This document shows, one piece after another, positions 1-12,420 of a stretch of 38,419 bases of DNA. Source of the DNA: Octopus bimaculoides (Eukaryota); the NCBI RefSeq assembly GCF_001194135.2, contig NC_068984.1, forward strand, positions 22,754,977 to 22,793,395, in the 5' to 3' direction. Position 1 is the stretch's first letter; each line of letters starts with the position of its first letter. Below the pieces are notes generated by a model. That model ran no database searches. It was given only the letters and a program-made list of their open reading frames with translations, and was not told where the DNA came from. A program made the translations under genes and the position numbers.

Positions 1-127
1 CTCTGTTCTTTTTTCTCTTCTGGCATCTGAAGCCTCGGGAAATGCTCATCAAAAGAACAAGACAAGCGTTCCAAAATTATGTTTCTCGACATTTTTCAAA
101 TGTCGAGAAGGAAATTTTTGTATTTTG

Positions 128-163
128 CTAGGGCCGAAACTGCCCCTGGGGGTCAATTCCTGC
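128..163 (-). CDS. Putative terminal coding exon: AGIDPQGQFRP*
   Basis: Acceptor ttctgtgtattttcaaag, phase 0, stop TAG at 130-128. A second acceptor 4 nt downstream (gcag) would give a different C-terminus. Confidence 0.35.
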   Translation of the reverse strand, partial: AGIDPQGQFRP

Positions 164-294
164 CTTTGAAAATACACAGAAATGAAGCCTAGGTGCTTCG
201 CAACAAAAATATTTAAAAATTCCAACAAAATGTGGACAATAAAAGGTCAAATAAACGTTTACCTCTGCAGCCGATGTGACAGCACGTCCGTCAG

Positions 295-344
295 ATAGAT
301 TGATAGATAGATAGATAGATAGATTGATAGATAGATAGATAGAT

Positions 345-379
<35 letters not shown>

Positions 380-395
380 TGGATAGATAGATATA
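295..395. repeat. (GATA)n/(GACA)n compound microsatellite
   Basis: Direct reading. Confidence 0.95.
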
Positions 396-658
396 ACTGG
401 TGATATAACTATATATTTGGGTATACATGTGTGTATCATTGTTTCTATCCATTTATGTATGCATTTACTTATACATGTACGCTTGCATGCCTGTATGTAC
501 GTCTGTATTTATGCATATATGCATCTATATATACATGTGTGTTTGTGTGTGTGTGTGCGTGTACATATATGCATGTATATATGTATGTATGTGTGTATGT
601 TGGTATATATGTATGTGTATTAGTATACATCAATGTAAGTATATAACTGTATGTATGC

Positions 659-712
<54 letters not shown>

Positions 713-775
713 GCACTTGTACATGCATACGTGCATGTATATGTGTATGTATATAAGCATGTATGTGCACATTAC

Positions 776-826
776 GTATGCTGTTCGCTGTTCAGCACAT
801 GCGTCGCAGATTGCCTTCACTGTTTC
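776..826 (-). CDS. Putative exon: ETVKAICDACAEQRTAY
   Basis: Acceptor caatttcgccgaag (weaker AAG type) and donor TAC|gtaatg. 51 bp, phase 0 to 0; a unique island between microsatellites. Confidence 0.5.
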
Positions 827-1659
827 CTTCGGCGAAATTGTACAGTTTAAGAACAAAGGCAAATTTTAAAATTTACTTTTATCTAAAAATCGAATTATCT
901 CATCGTTATATTGATTATATTTAGTCTCATACGCATCCACACTCACACACAGACATTTCTCTCCGTCGCCCTCTCTCTCTCCCTCTCTCTCTCTCTATCT
1001 CTTTCTCTCTATTTATCAATCTGTCTCTTTTATTTATATTTTTGGTATTGAATTTAGATTTTTATTTATTCATGTTTTTATGTAACTCTTTTGTATTTTT
1101 CCCGTTTATTGTTTCACCATTTTCGTCGCCCACTACAATAAAACTTTTCTTCAGTATCGATCTTATATTTCAAATCCTATACAGACAAGTCATCGAAATG
1201 ATAGAGAGGGGTGGAAGGAGTAGAAGAAAAGGGGGTGGAGAGAGATGAGAAGGAAAAAGACGAAGAATGCCCTCAATGCCAGCGGCTTCCTGAGATCAGT
1301 CTGACTGATCGGTTCCTGGCAATTGATGCCAACTGTTCTAAAACTCCAATTTTCCGTTACTTATTTCGTTCAATCTGCATCGAGTGGTGGAGAGTTGTTG
1401 TTGTTGTTGTTGCTGTTGTTGTTGTTGTCGTTTTTGTGCTTTAGGTCTGCCCTGATCACAGATGAGATTTCTCTCATTAATAATGTCAACTATTGAGCGG
1501 ATATTTAAATTCATTTGTTAAACACATACACACACACACACACACACACACGCACGCACATGCACACGTGCACACATACACTCATACACTTCAGGAGAAT
1601 TCTAGAATACAAGTGATCTGCTTCGAGGTAAATTATGCACTAAACGTCCTGAACCTAGA

Positions 1660-1931
1660 GGATGATGATGATGATGATGATGATGAAGAAGAAGAAGAAG
1701 AAGAAGAAGAAGAAGAAGAAGAAGAAGAAGAAGAAGAAGAAGAAGAAGAAGAAGAAGAAGAAGAAGAAGAAGAAGAAGAAGAAGAAGAAGGCGGAAAGAA
1801 GAACTAGAAGAACAAGTACAAGGAAAAGGAGGAGGGAAGAAGAAGAAGAAGAAGAAGAAGAAGAAGAAGAAGAAGAAGAAGAAGAAGAAGAAGAAGAAGA
1901 AGAAGAAGAAGAAGAAGAAGAAGAAGAAGAA
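1660..1931. repeat. (GAT)n followed by two (GAA)n tracts
   Basis: Direct reading; source of the poly-E/K/R/S/F ORF artefacts. Confidence 0.97.
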
Positions 1932-2984
1932 ATTTTAAAAAGATAAAATTTGTGGCAAGTTAGGGTATCGAACGAACAAACAGCAACAGAGTGGACGTAC
2001 AGAGTAAACAATCGACAAAAACAAACATTAAGGGCCGTTATGGGAAGACGAATTGTAATGGGTAACGCCTGAGAGAAATTTGGAAAGGATATAGAATAAA
2101 CAGACGAGAAGAAAATAGTAGAAGAAAAAAAACAAATGCCGGGAGACGAGAGAAATGACGTCCACCTTGTTGGACGTCGCGTCTAAAATCGACAGAGAGA
2201 AATAGCCTGTAGTCACGTGTGAGCAAATAGGCAGAGGGGAAGGGGATAAGAGAGAAGATGAGGGAAAGAAACAAAGTGAGTGGGGAGATGAGAGAAGGAA
2301 CGAAAGATAGTAAGGATTGGAAAAAAGACACGGGACAGTAAAGAACGTGGGGGAGAAATGGAAAATAAAGTGGATTATAGAGGGATAAAGAGAAAGGAAG
2401 AAAACTGAGTGTGGAGTCGCAGAAATTATGTAAGAACTTACTGCGGACAAGGCTGCGTGGTGTTTGATTATAAATAAATAAAAAAATACACATGAAGTGC
2501 AGGACATCACCAATAAGCGAAAAACACGTAAACACACGAGAGAGCGGTATAGGACAATAAACCAACAAATACACAATCAGAACAGGACATGAACAACGAG
2601 TGAAAAATAGGGTGTCTATGTCTCTCTAAAAGTATGGGTGGTTGGCTTTACGTATACGTTTTTAAAGAAAGAAACAGAGAGAAATTATCATATTTTGAAA
2701 GATATTGCATATTACCTTAATGCATTTATTTACATTTACAAGATATTTTTCGAAAAGATATATTAATGAATATATAAATATATATTTCTAGTCAATTTCC
2801 TCTTATATAATCAAACAAAACCATATTTTTTTAACCTACATAAGATGGCAAGAAGATAGGAATGGCGTAGCATATCATTGACATAAAACAATATAAAAAA
2901 AAAAGAACATCAAACAGAGGGACGTTTAAATTGAATCTCACAGACTTCTCGAATAGATATATCATATAAATGTATGAGTTTGTA

Positions 2985-3021
2985 TGTGTATATATATATG
3001 TATATACGTATATGTACATAT

Positions 3022-3119
<98 letters not shown>

Positions 3120-3400
3120 ATTATAAGTGTATTTGTGCACGTATATATACATATGTATGTATATATATATAGATATATGTGTGTGTGCAAATAAACATTT
3201 TTACAAATACCCATACATATATAATATATACATTTTTATTCATATATTCCTATAGCTATATACATACCTAGATACATATATATATATATGTGTGTGTGTA
3301 TGTATGTATGCATGCATGTATATCTATATATTGATGAGTTAGCGTGTATATATTATGTACATATATATACACATACCTATACCTACATACATACACACAC

Positions 3401-3450
<50 letters not shown>

Positions 3451-3596
3451 ATATATGTATATATATATATGCTCATACACACACAAACCAGCAGACAAAC
3501 TCACACATGCAAATATGTACATATCTGTTTGTATGTATTTATGTATACATATGGATGTGACAGAAGAAATTGATCAAAATGAAGTGAGGGAGAGAA

Positions 3597-3680
<84 letters not shown>
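2985..3680. repeat. (TA)n, (TATG)n, (TG)n and (GA)n microsatellite cluster
   Basis: Direct reading. Confidence 0.95.
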
Positions 3681-3684
<4 letters not shown>

Positions 3685-4226
3685 TGCGAATTCTACAAGT
3701 TTCTCTTTAACCTCTTACAAATTTCACGTTGACTTTTCCCGTTTCTTTTTTTAATTTTTAATTTTTTTTTTTTCAACAAGAACAACTTGCTAGTCAAAAT
3801 GAAACGGCAAACAATTCAGTTACGATTGAATAATCACACAGCACTAATGTGTAGCTTCATAACTTCGTACGTGTATTCTGTGTATTTAAAGATATAAGCA
3901 TTGCCTCAAGTACTTCTCTATATTTTTTCCCATTTCTTTGTCTGTCTCCATTTTTCTCCCTATCACTCTTTGTCTCTGTCCCTCTCTCTTTCTCTCTCAC
4001 ACACTCTTTCTATTAGTATATATCATGTCTGTCGCTTTCCCACCCTCTCTCTCTGTCTCTCTGTCTCTCTAACTCTCTAACTCTCCCTCACTCTATATCC
4101 ACCTTTCCCTCTCTGTCTTTGTCTGTCTGTCTGTCACTCACTCTCTCTGTCTCTCTTTCTCTGTCTCTCTCTGTCTGCCTGTCTGTTTGTCTGTCTGTCT
4201 GCATCTCTCTCTCTCTCTCTCTCTCT

Positions 4227-4265
<39 letters not shown>

Positions 4266-4489
4266 TCTGACTCGTACACATTTCATTCTTTCTATGTATT
4301 TCATTTTTACCTACATGTAATATATCTTATTTTACTAGAATATATGTGTATGAGTGTGTGTGTACGTGTGTGTGTGTGTGTGTGTGTACGAGTATGTGTG
4401 TATGTGCGTGGGAGCGAGAGAGAGAATATATGTACATATGTTTGTCCTTATAGATAGAAAGACAGACAAATTGGCACGTAGATAGATAT

Positions 4490-4620
4490 ATAGGTAGGAA
4501 ATAGGTAGGTAGATGGGTAGGTAAATGGGTAGGTAAATGGGTAGGTAGGTAGGTAGGTAGGTAGGTAGGTAGGTAAGCAGGTAGGTAGGTAGGTAGGCAG
4601 GTAGGTAGGTAGGTAGATTG
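4490..4620. repeat. (AGGT)n tetranucleotide tract
   Basis: Direct reading. Confidence 0.95.
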
Positions 4621-4989
4621 ACATAAATGCATAGATGCATACTTATATATCTACATACATGTGTAAACGAACATATATATGTGTGTGTGTGTGTGTGTGC
4701 GTGTTTGCATATACATTTATGTGTGTCTATATGTATGTTTTTCTCTGTAAATATGTATATTTGAGGAAGTTATTAAGACAGATATTTCCTATAAAAGTCT
4801 GTCTGCATATGATTACATACATACCTAGATACATATTAGTGTGTGTATGTGAGTGTACATGTCTGTGAATGTGTGGGTGTGCGTATGTCTATGTTGTGTT
4901 TGCATGTGCGTATGTGTATGTTGTGTGTGTGCGCGTGTGTGTGCGCATGTGTACGGGTGTGTACGCGTGTGCGTGCGATAACAAAATAC

Positions 4990-5025
4990 TTTTGTTTGTT
5001 CTTTCCGAAGTTTGATTTCTTCTTC
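4990..5025 (-). CDS. Putative exon: EEEIKLRKEQTK
   Basis: Acceptor atctttgtattcacag and donor AAA|gtattt. 36 bp, phase 0 to 0. Confidence 0.65.
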
Positions 5026-5409
5026 CTGTGAATACAAAGATAATATTGTTGTCTGAATAATTTTGTAAAAGTTTTATCCAGTACAATTCTTGTAATTACG
5101 TCAAGCTTTATATATCAATTGGAATTATATTGCGTTTGTATTCAAAACAGTTTTCGTTTTCTTTGTTTTGTTTTGTTTTGTTTTTTCAATAACGATATTA
5201 TAAATAAAACTTGCATAGAAATAAACGGAAATATGTATATATTTATTTTGTGAAATCAGAAAGATTGCAAAAGTATTGTTATTTCTATATTATGTTTTCA
5301 ACTGCTACATGCAGTTTCTACTATACTACCACGTGTACTTTCTTATTACTGATGTCTCTTCTACATTGTGGTTGTGAGCTGTAGAGTAATGTGTACTATA
5401 TCTGTTTAC

Positions 5410-5526
5410 CTCATCTGTGTTCAAATCCCGCCCACTCAGCTTTTCTTTCCGTTCTTCCGATGGCGTTAAAACTAAAGTAATCATTTGTCCTTCAAATCTA
5501 TCCTCTTCCGATTGCTCTTGCGTCAA
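5410..5526 (-). CDS. Putative exon: LTQEQSEEDRFEGQMITLVLTPSEERKEKLSGRDLNTDE
   Basis: Acceptor gccatttatttag and donor GAG|gtaaac. 117 bp, phase 0 to 0; matches the start of the ORF-track entry 5326..5526; non-repetitive and protein-like. Confidence 0.7.
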
Positions 5527-5842
5527 CTAAATAAATGGCTATTATTAATGTTGTGCTAGCGAAAGGCAATGGATTATTGGAATGGTAAGAGCGTTCGCAA
5601 AAACGCTGTTCAGCAGTTCTTCCGACACTTTACATCACCGGTGAAGTAAGCTTTTCTTTTATATCCCCATGGGGTCCACAAAACATGTTCGATGTTTTTT
5701 TGGTTTTTTTTTCACCTTGCATAAGATAGCAAGATAGAAAAGGTGTAGCATGAGAAATGGCATAAAAATATAACAGAACAGAAGGAACATTAAATAGAAT
5801 TGACTATTTATTGTTGGTTATGTATAATATACACCTATTTTA

Positions 5843-6059
5843 GACTGCTGGCATGCAGAATCGTAAGAACGCCGGCCAAAATACTTAACATTTTGTCCGG
5901 CTTTACCTTCTGAGTTCAATTTCCGCCGAGGTCGACTTTACCTTTCTTCCCCTATCAGAGTTAATAAAATGTGTACCATTCAAGTGCTGTGGTTGATGTA
6001 ATCGACTTACCCCCTCCCACGAATTTGCTGGCCTTCTGCCATAATTTGAAATCCATATT
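5843..6059 (+). mobile_element. SINE family A, diverged
   Basis: gcagaatcg..ttctgagttcaatttccgccgaggtcgacttt..gatgtaatcgactt..cccctccc matches 25731-25942. Confidence 0.85.
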
Positions 6060-6587
6060 ACACACACAAACACACACACACGTATATATGTGTATGTATG
6101 TATGTATGTATGTATGTATGTATTCACAATAAGTTGGTTAATCGATACAAGACTAACCTCCACCCATCAACATTTATGGTCTTGTACCTAAATTTGAAAC
6201 TATTGTTATTGTTCGGGCGTGCTTTCTTTTAGCACTTACAGGTTCTAAAGTTTACCAAGTGGAATTAGATGAAGGAATAACGACATCATTTAGTTATTCA
6301 AACAGTTACTTTTTGAAAATTCCGAAAGTCACCCATATAGATTTCAGACGAAAATAAAAATGGTCTGTCTTTAGACAAATTTAGTTTCTTCTCATTAGTA
6401 TGCAGAATATCCACTGAAACCTAAATGAAGGTAATTCTACTTGGTTTAAGCAATCAAATACGAAGACACACACAATTTTTCAAAAATGGAAATGACAGGG
6501 ATGAGAAAAATTCTAATGAGAAGGTTGAGAAAAACAACAACAACAACGCTCACAGGTTCGCACATTCCCTGTGTCTATGTAATAAAT

Positions 6588-6958
6588 TGTGGAGGTGCAA
6601 TGGCCCAGTGGTTAGGGCAGCAGACTCGCGGTCATACGATCGCGGTTTCGATTCCCAGACCGGGCGTTGTAAGTGTTTATTGAGCGAAAACACCTAAAAA
6701 GCTCCACGAGGCTCCGGTGGCGAAACTTGCTGTACTCTTTCACCACAACTTCCTCTCACTCTTACTTCCTGTTTCTGTTGTGCCTGTAATTCAAAGGGGC
6801 TAGTCTTGTCACACTGTGTCACGCTGAATATCCCCGTGAACTACGTAAGGGTACACGTGTCTTTGGAGTGCTCAGCCACTTGCACGTTAATTTCACGAGC
6901 AGGCTGTTCCGTTGATCGGATCAACTGGAACCCTCGACGTCGTAAGCGACGGAGTGCT
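6588..6958 (+). mobile_element. tRNA-derived SINE, family B, near full length
   Basis: A box tggcccagtgg, B box ggtttcgattcc, CORE-like ttgagcgaaaacacctaa, and a 12-bp target-site duplication atgtaataaatt at 6577-6588 and 6972-6983. Homologous to 23955-24326. Confidence 0.9.
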
Positions 6959-6997
6959 ATTATTAATTAAAATGTAATAAATTACTATTTAGTTGTA

Positions 6998-7150
6998 TCC
7001 TTTTCTGTTCCGAGTTCAAATCTTGTGAAGACCGGCTTTGTCTCTTATCTTACTAGGATTGATAAAATAAACACTGGTAAATAACTCGTGTCGATCTAAT
7101 CGACTACAGCTTTTCACACAAAAGGTGTGGCCTTGTGCCTGTAGTACAAA
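6998..7150 (+). mobile_element. SINE family A, 5'-truncated and diverged
   Basis: ttccgagttcaaat..gataaaataa..gtcgatctaatcgact..ggccttgtgcct. Confidence 0.7.
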
Positions 7151-7631
7151 TCATCTTTGTTATTAATGATAAAGCTTAATTTTGATCAGTCCTGACTGGT
7201 TACATGATTAAATGTTATCCCAGAAATAACCACCCATCTTCTGACTTTCAGACATGTCATATATGCAACAACATTATTCATTGTCTTCTTCCTTTTAAGG
7301 CCATAGCGTGTGATTTCAGGGATATTTGGCTGTTGTTTATAGCTAACCAAGTGATCATATAGTCTCTTTCGTTGGCTCGTATTATTAATTTTGTTGTCGA
7401 TGCTACGGTTACTTTTTTAAAATGTATTGAGTCACAATATTCATGAGAAAGAAACCCTTTTATATATGGTATGGTACAAGAAGTATTTACTAACAGCTGA
7501 TTCACCTATAAATTGCAAATGACAATGAAAACATTTTAAACTTAACTCTGTGTGTGTGTGTGTACGTGAAAGTATATTATGTGGTACACCATGGTGGAAA
7601 GATACATGTATGTGTATATAGATAAGCCTAC

Positions 7632-7672
7632 CATAAGAGGTAATTGACAAATAGTCGCGTATCTGCAGGCTT
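7632..7672 (-). CDS. Putative exon: (E)ACRYATICQLPLM
   Basis: Acceptor cttaatcatatatttttcag and donor ATG|gtaggc. 41 bp, phase 1 to 0. Confidence 0.6.
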
Positions 7673-8084
7673 CTGAAAAATATATGATTAAGAATGAGAA
7701 ATTGAATGAATTTTCTTCGGACTACTTCGAACCCCAACAAGCGCAAAACTGAAGCAGTGATCTTAAGTATTATTAGTATTAAAAGACATAAGGATGGGTT
7801 ATGCCAAACAAATTTTACAATTAACGAGCTATCTATCTGGTACGTCTGCTATTCTACTAGACGTTCGTCGACAGACGATGTATTATATGAGACATAGAGA
7901 AAATTGTATTTCGAGCCTCCGTAGGTTCCGACAATGAAGAATCAGTTCTTTGATCATTTGAATTACCAGCTCACTAGATTACCGTGTAAATGACTGAACT
8001 CTGCATAGACACGTGTGTTCTTAAAGTAATTCTCAGAAAGAATCAGAGTGACACAGTATGTGACAAGGATCTGCTTTACATTAC

Positions 8085-8272
8085 AAATAATCCGTCTTTT
8101 GCAGTTTCCGTGGGCTACCAAATTTCACTCAGGAAGCGTGATGTGACAAGAAACAATGATAAAATGCACTTCCCCAATGTCCCAGCAGTGGAGTCGAGCC
8201 TGGAACTTCTTGATTGTACTGGAACATCGTGATTGTGAACCGAACTTAACCATTCGGCTATGCTGCATCCAT
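8085..8272 (-). mobile_element. Old family C-related SINE 5' half
   Basis: Minus strand shows an A box (tagccgaatgg), a B-box-like ggctcgactcc, and gagtgaaatttggtagcccacggaaactgc similar to the family C body. Confidence 0.55.
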
Positions 8273-8336
8273 TAACTAAACAATCCTAGCCATTAGGTTA
8301 AGTCACTAGATCGCAACTGCATTGTAGTTGATGTCT

Positions 8337-8338
8337 AA

Positions 8339-8404
<66 letters not shown>

Positions 8405-8440
8405 CAGTAGTAGTGGTGGTGATGGTGGTGCTGCTGCTGA
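8337..8440. repeat. (AGT)n grading into GGT/GCT triplets
   Basis: Direct reading. Confidence 0.95.
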
Positions 8441-9144
8441 TTGGAAAATATAATATCTTGACAATAGAAGTGTGAATGGCAGCATATAGTTGATTCATTT
8501 GTGGTCTGGAAGTGTACCAAATATCTCGCTCGTCACTGGCATTATATTACAATCTAGCGATGAGTCATGAAAGATGAATACATTATCGTCTTAAAATGTG
8601 TTGAAATATTGCATGTAATCGAAAAACTGCAGAAGCAGCTTGGCGAGAATTGCTATCAGTCAAGACGGAACCACTCAATATTGGTCATAAAGAACACCAA
8701 TAAATTTGTGAATTGGAAGCGATGTAAAAATATACATGGGAAAAGTATTATAGCAATTTCAGTTGAAGAAATTACAATGTGAATAAAAGATCAACTCAAA
8801 CTGGAAGCATTTGTCAAACATCATATGAAGGGTGTAAACAATAAAGAACGTATTGTTCTTGTTTTTGTTTTAATAGCACAGTGAGAGGAGGACGAGTGAC
8901 ATCCAAGATACTTTTCAGCAATTCCGCGATGGTAGAAGAAAAAGGGTAAGTTATCCTTATACTGGAGACGTGGCCCGAATATTTGCAACAGAGTGGGCTT
9001 TGATAAAAGCACCCAAGTGTCATGTAGTGCCACGCCTAATCCAGGAAATATTTGGTTAAGGTGTTCCAGCCATGGACGGTTACATGACACATCGGCCACC
9101 GTGTCGTCGTCGTGTCGCTATCCTATCTTATTTTCAGACATATC

Positions 9145-9560
9145 CTCTTTTATTTCTCTTTTTCTCTTTTACTTGTTTCAGTCATTTGACTGCGGCCATG
9201 CTGGAGCACCGCCTTTAGTCGAGCAAATCGACCCCAGGACTTATTCTTTGTAAGCCTAGTGCTTATTCTATTGGTCTCTTTTGCCGAACCACTAAGTTAC
9301 GGGGACCAGTATCGGTTGTCAAGCGATGTTGGAGGGAGAAACACAGACACACAAACACACACACACACAGACACATATATATATACACATATATACGACG
9401 GGATTTTTTCAGTTTCCGTCTACCAAATCCATTCACAAGGCGTTGGTCGGCCCGAAGCTATAGTAGAAGACACTTGCCTAAGGTGCCACGCAGTGGGACT
9501 GAACGCGGAACCATGTGGTTGGTAAGCAATCTACTTACCACACAGTCACTCTTACGCCTA
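9145..9560 (-). mobile_element. tRNA-derived CORE-like SINE, family C, with internal microsatellite
   Basis: Minus-strand head gagtgactgtgtggtaagtag..gggttcagtcccactgcg-like, CORE-like gtggcaccttaggcaagtgtc, internal (TA)/(TG) repeat and an aaagag-type tail. Homologous to 27264-28113. Confidence 0.88.
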
Positions 9561-10002
9561 TCAATAATTACATTATGCAACAGGCTATTCCTTTTTTATT
9601 TTTCTAAGAAGGTAAGGAGTTTTCATATAGACTGTTCGGCTAAATAGAGCTTCTTTGGATAACGCGAAACTTATGGAATAGTTCAAGTATCGCATTCTAG
9701 TTTAAATGCAGCTAATTCAGTTGATTAAAAGTATATTTACAATTGAATGAAAACGTGAGAGTTTATTGAAACAAACAATGAAGTGATGAATGAATTTTAA
9801 TGACAACGACCAGAGAGTATTGAATGAAGAATATCAAAATGGCATACAAGGAAAACAAAAGAATTTATTAAAATATTATACAAATAGTTCTAAATGTAAT
9901 TTGGTCTGAATAATTATAAATCTATCAAAGAGATACTGCATCGAAACGTTTATCAGAAAATAACATAATGACTCCTTGTATGTACATATATTTTCTTTTA
10001 TC

Positions 10003-10355
10003 CTGCTTTACTTGTTTCAGTCATTACACTGCGACCATACTGGGGCACCGCTTTGATAATTTTAGTCAAATAAATCAGCACGAGTACTTACTTTCGTTTT
10101 TGAAGTTTGGCATTTCTTATATTATTCTTATTTGCCAGACTGATCACATAGGAACTTAAACAAACCATCATCGGTTTCCAAGCCGTGTGAGGGGGCACAA
10201 ACACATTCACAAACACACTCACACCAACACACACAGAACGCACACTCACATACACAATACACACTCACATATATATATATATGTAAATATAACAGGCTTC
10301 CACACAGTTTCCGTCTGCCAAATTCACTCACATGGCTCTGGCCACCCCGCACTAA
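10003..10355 (-). mobile_element. Diverged, head-truncated SINE family C copy
   Basis: tttacttgtttcagtcatt..cagtttccgtctgccaaattcactcac aligns by eye to family C. Confidence 0.75.
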
Positions 10356-11821
10356 AGGACTGTATCCGAAACCGCAGTAGAAAATTGAGTTTCTTACACA
10401 CGGGTGTGTGTGGGGGTGCGTGTGTGTGTGCGCGTGTGTGTGTGTGTGTATGTGTGTGCGTGTGTGTGTGTGTGTGTAAGCGTGCGTGTGTGTGTATCGA
10501 TAGTATATGGCCTTAAATTCTAGCCCAGTAAATATTGCTGAAAGTCATAATTCCTATGTCTCTATTTTATATCTTTAATATCATCGAACTAATTATCTGA
10601 GGTCAGTTCTTGAGATAATGGCAAAATGCCATATAAAAACCATTCAATCCAATCTAGCTTAAATAATTTAATACTTGCTCAAGACTTTGTTCTATAAGCC
10701 TGAATTTCCACTAATCCATTCAGGGTGTATTTGTTACGAATAGTGTCTTATTTTCCAAGATTCTGTCCTTCCTTTTCTGGATTTTAAGTTTTTGATGTCG
10801 ATATTATCTTTGCGTTTACGATTTTTTTTTGTTGTAGGGGAGTAGATTTGTTTTTACTTGTTTGTTTTTTTTTCCCGCAATTATTGCCAGCTAATCAATG
10901 ATATTATAGTTGGGAAACGACCGTAAAAGTACAAGAGACCTAAGTTACTTTATATTCTAAACAATAAATTGCCGTTTGAGAGGCAAAAAGATAAAAAGTC
11001 ACCGAAGCTGATTACTAAGAAAAACCATTCTATCATTTTCAAATATATGAAAATTGAGCTTCCAGGAAAATATTGGATAACGTCTATAGATGATGATGAT
11101 GATGATGACGACATCATTTTTTCATTCATGCTGCTGTCATTTGTATTCATTTATGCAGATAATGTCCTTTGGAAATACTTGAACATCACAACATATTAGT
11201 TTTAAGCATATAGGGCATTATAGTTACTGGGAAATAAAACATTATTTGCTCTGGAACAATAATTGAACAATTCTTGTATTTTTCTATTCAATTATAATCA
11301 TCAATACTACTGCGACAGTCACATATGTCATGTTATTTAAATTCTATAAATGTATATATGTGCGTTCGTGTTCATCTGTGTACTCGTAGTGTAGAAGTGT
11401 GCGTGTGCATGTGTGCGTATAAGTACATATTTTTATTTAAACTCTTTGAATTTCTTATATGAAAGGGAGTATGATTCTGTTATCTCTCAAGCTACTGCTA
11501 TCTAGCACTTTCGGATGAACTCTACTCAACCGCTACACAGCTGCTACTCGACTGCTACTCAACAGCTACTACCACGGCCAGACTACCTCTATTTATATGT
11601 CTTGGGAGATCCTACTTCTGCGCCTGGGGGCGTCGACACAACAGATTCAAATAATCAAATCTCTATTATTGGAATTTGTTAAACAGTAAAAGCTTACATG
11701 CCAGATTCTAGAATTGATGCTCTAAGTATTTTCGAACTCCCTTTTATCTTGAAAAATAAAAAAAAACATTTTCCAGACTATTACTTCAACACTCAGTACC
11801 ATAATTAATTTCGCGCCGATA

Positions 11822-12000
11822 ATTTTGGGGGAGGGGAAAGTCAATTAGATCGACCCCAGTGCTCAACAGGTACTTACTTTATCGACACTCAAAGGATGAA
11901 GGGTAAGTCGACCTCAACGGAATTTGAACTCAGAAAGTAGAGCCGGATGAAATGTCGCTGAGCATATTGTGCGATGTGCTAACGATTCTGCTAGCTCGCC
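11822..12000 (-). mobile_element. SINE family A
   Basis: Reverse complement of the family A head, B box and central motif (aattagatcgaccccagtg..gaatttgaactcagaa..gattctgctagctcgcc). Confidence 0.85.
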
Positions 12001-12420
12001 ACCATATGTATACTTGCAATATTGACACAATATTGAACTTCCTTGTATAATATGCATGGTTGTATCAACCAGTCATCGCTTATTTCAAAGTACAGTAAAG
12101 ATAGAACATCATATGAACTGTGTATGCAACTTTTCATATTGATACATTCCTTGAGCCTGGTCTTGTTTGTCTATCTTTTTAGTTCGATGATGATCGTTCT
12201 TATATCGATTTGTTACTGCTGTACTTCTTAACCTTGATGGAGTCGGAGTTTAAGATTTGCATTTCTCTGAGCTCTACTTGATGAGTATCCTTATCATGCA
12301 AACATAAACATTTTGTAACCCAATCTTTATATAAAAGAAAAAAGAGCGCATCCAAACATTCGCATACATACAATCACATATATATACATACATACATATA
12401 CGCATATATATATATATATA

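Noticed and set aside
2038-2185. Alternative 3' exons TRRPT(R)/RYPLQFVFP*
   Set aside because: The pyrimidine tracts come from the surrounding GA-rich low-complexity DNA and the donor gtggac is poor.
417-4868. Many ORFs of 60-180 aa rich in Y/I/C/V/H/T, E/R or poly-E/K
   Set aside because: They are translations of (TA)n, (TG)n, (GA)n, (GAA)n and (AGGT)n repeats. The same applies to similar ORFs near 13300, 23300-23950, 26200-26600 and 35200-36400.
5440-5500. FEGQMITLVLTP resembles the C-terminus of translation initiation factor IF3
   Set aside because: A short chance similarity; the flanking exons do not resemble IF3.
6590-6665. tRNA-like sequence with A and B boxes
   Set aside because: It is a SINE head: it continues into the SINE body, has a target-site duplication and a second copy, and lacks a proper cloverleaf.
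7278-7505. Good acceptor at 7505 with a 75-aa ORF or a 15-nt VNQLL micro-exon
   Set aside because: Not needed for frame continuity and has a weak donor context; cannot be told apart from a cryptic site.
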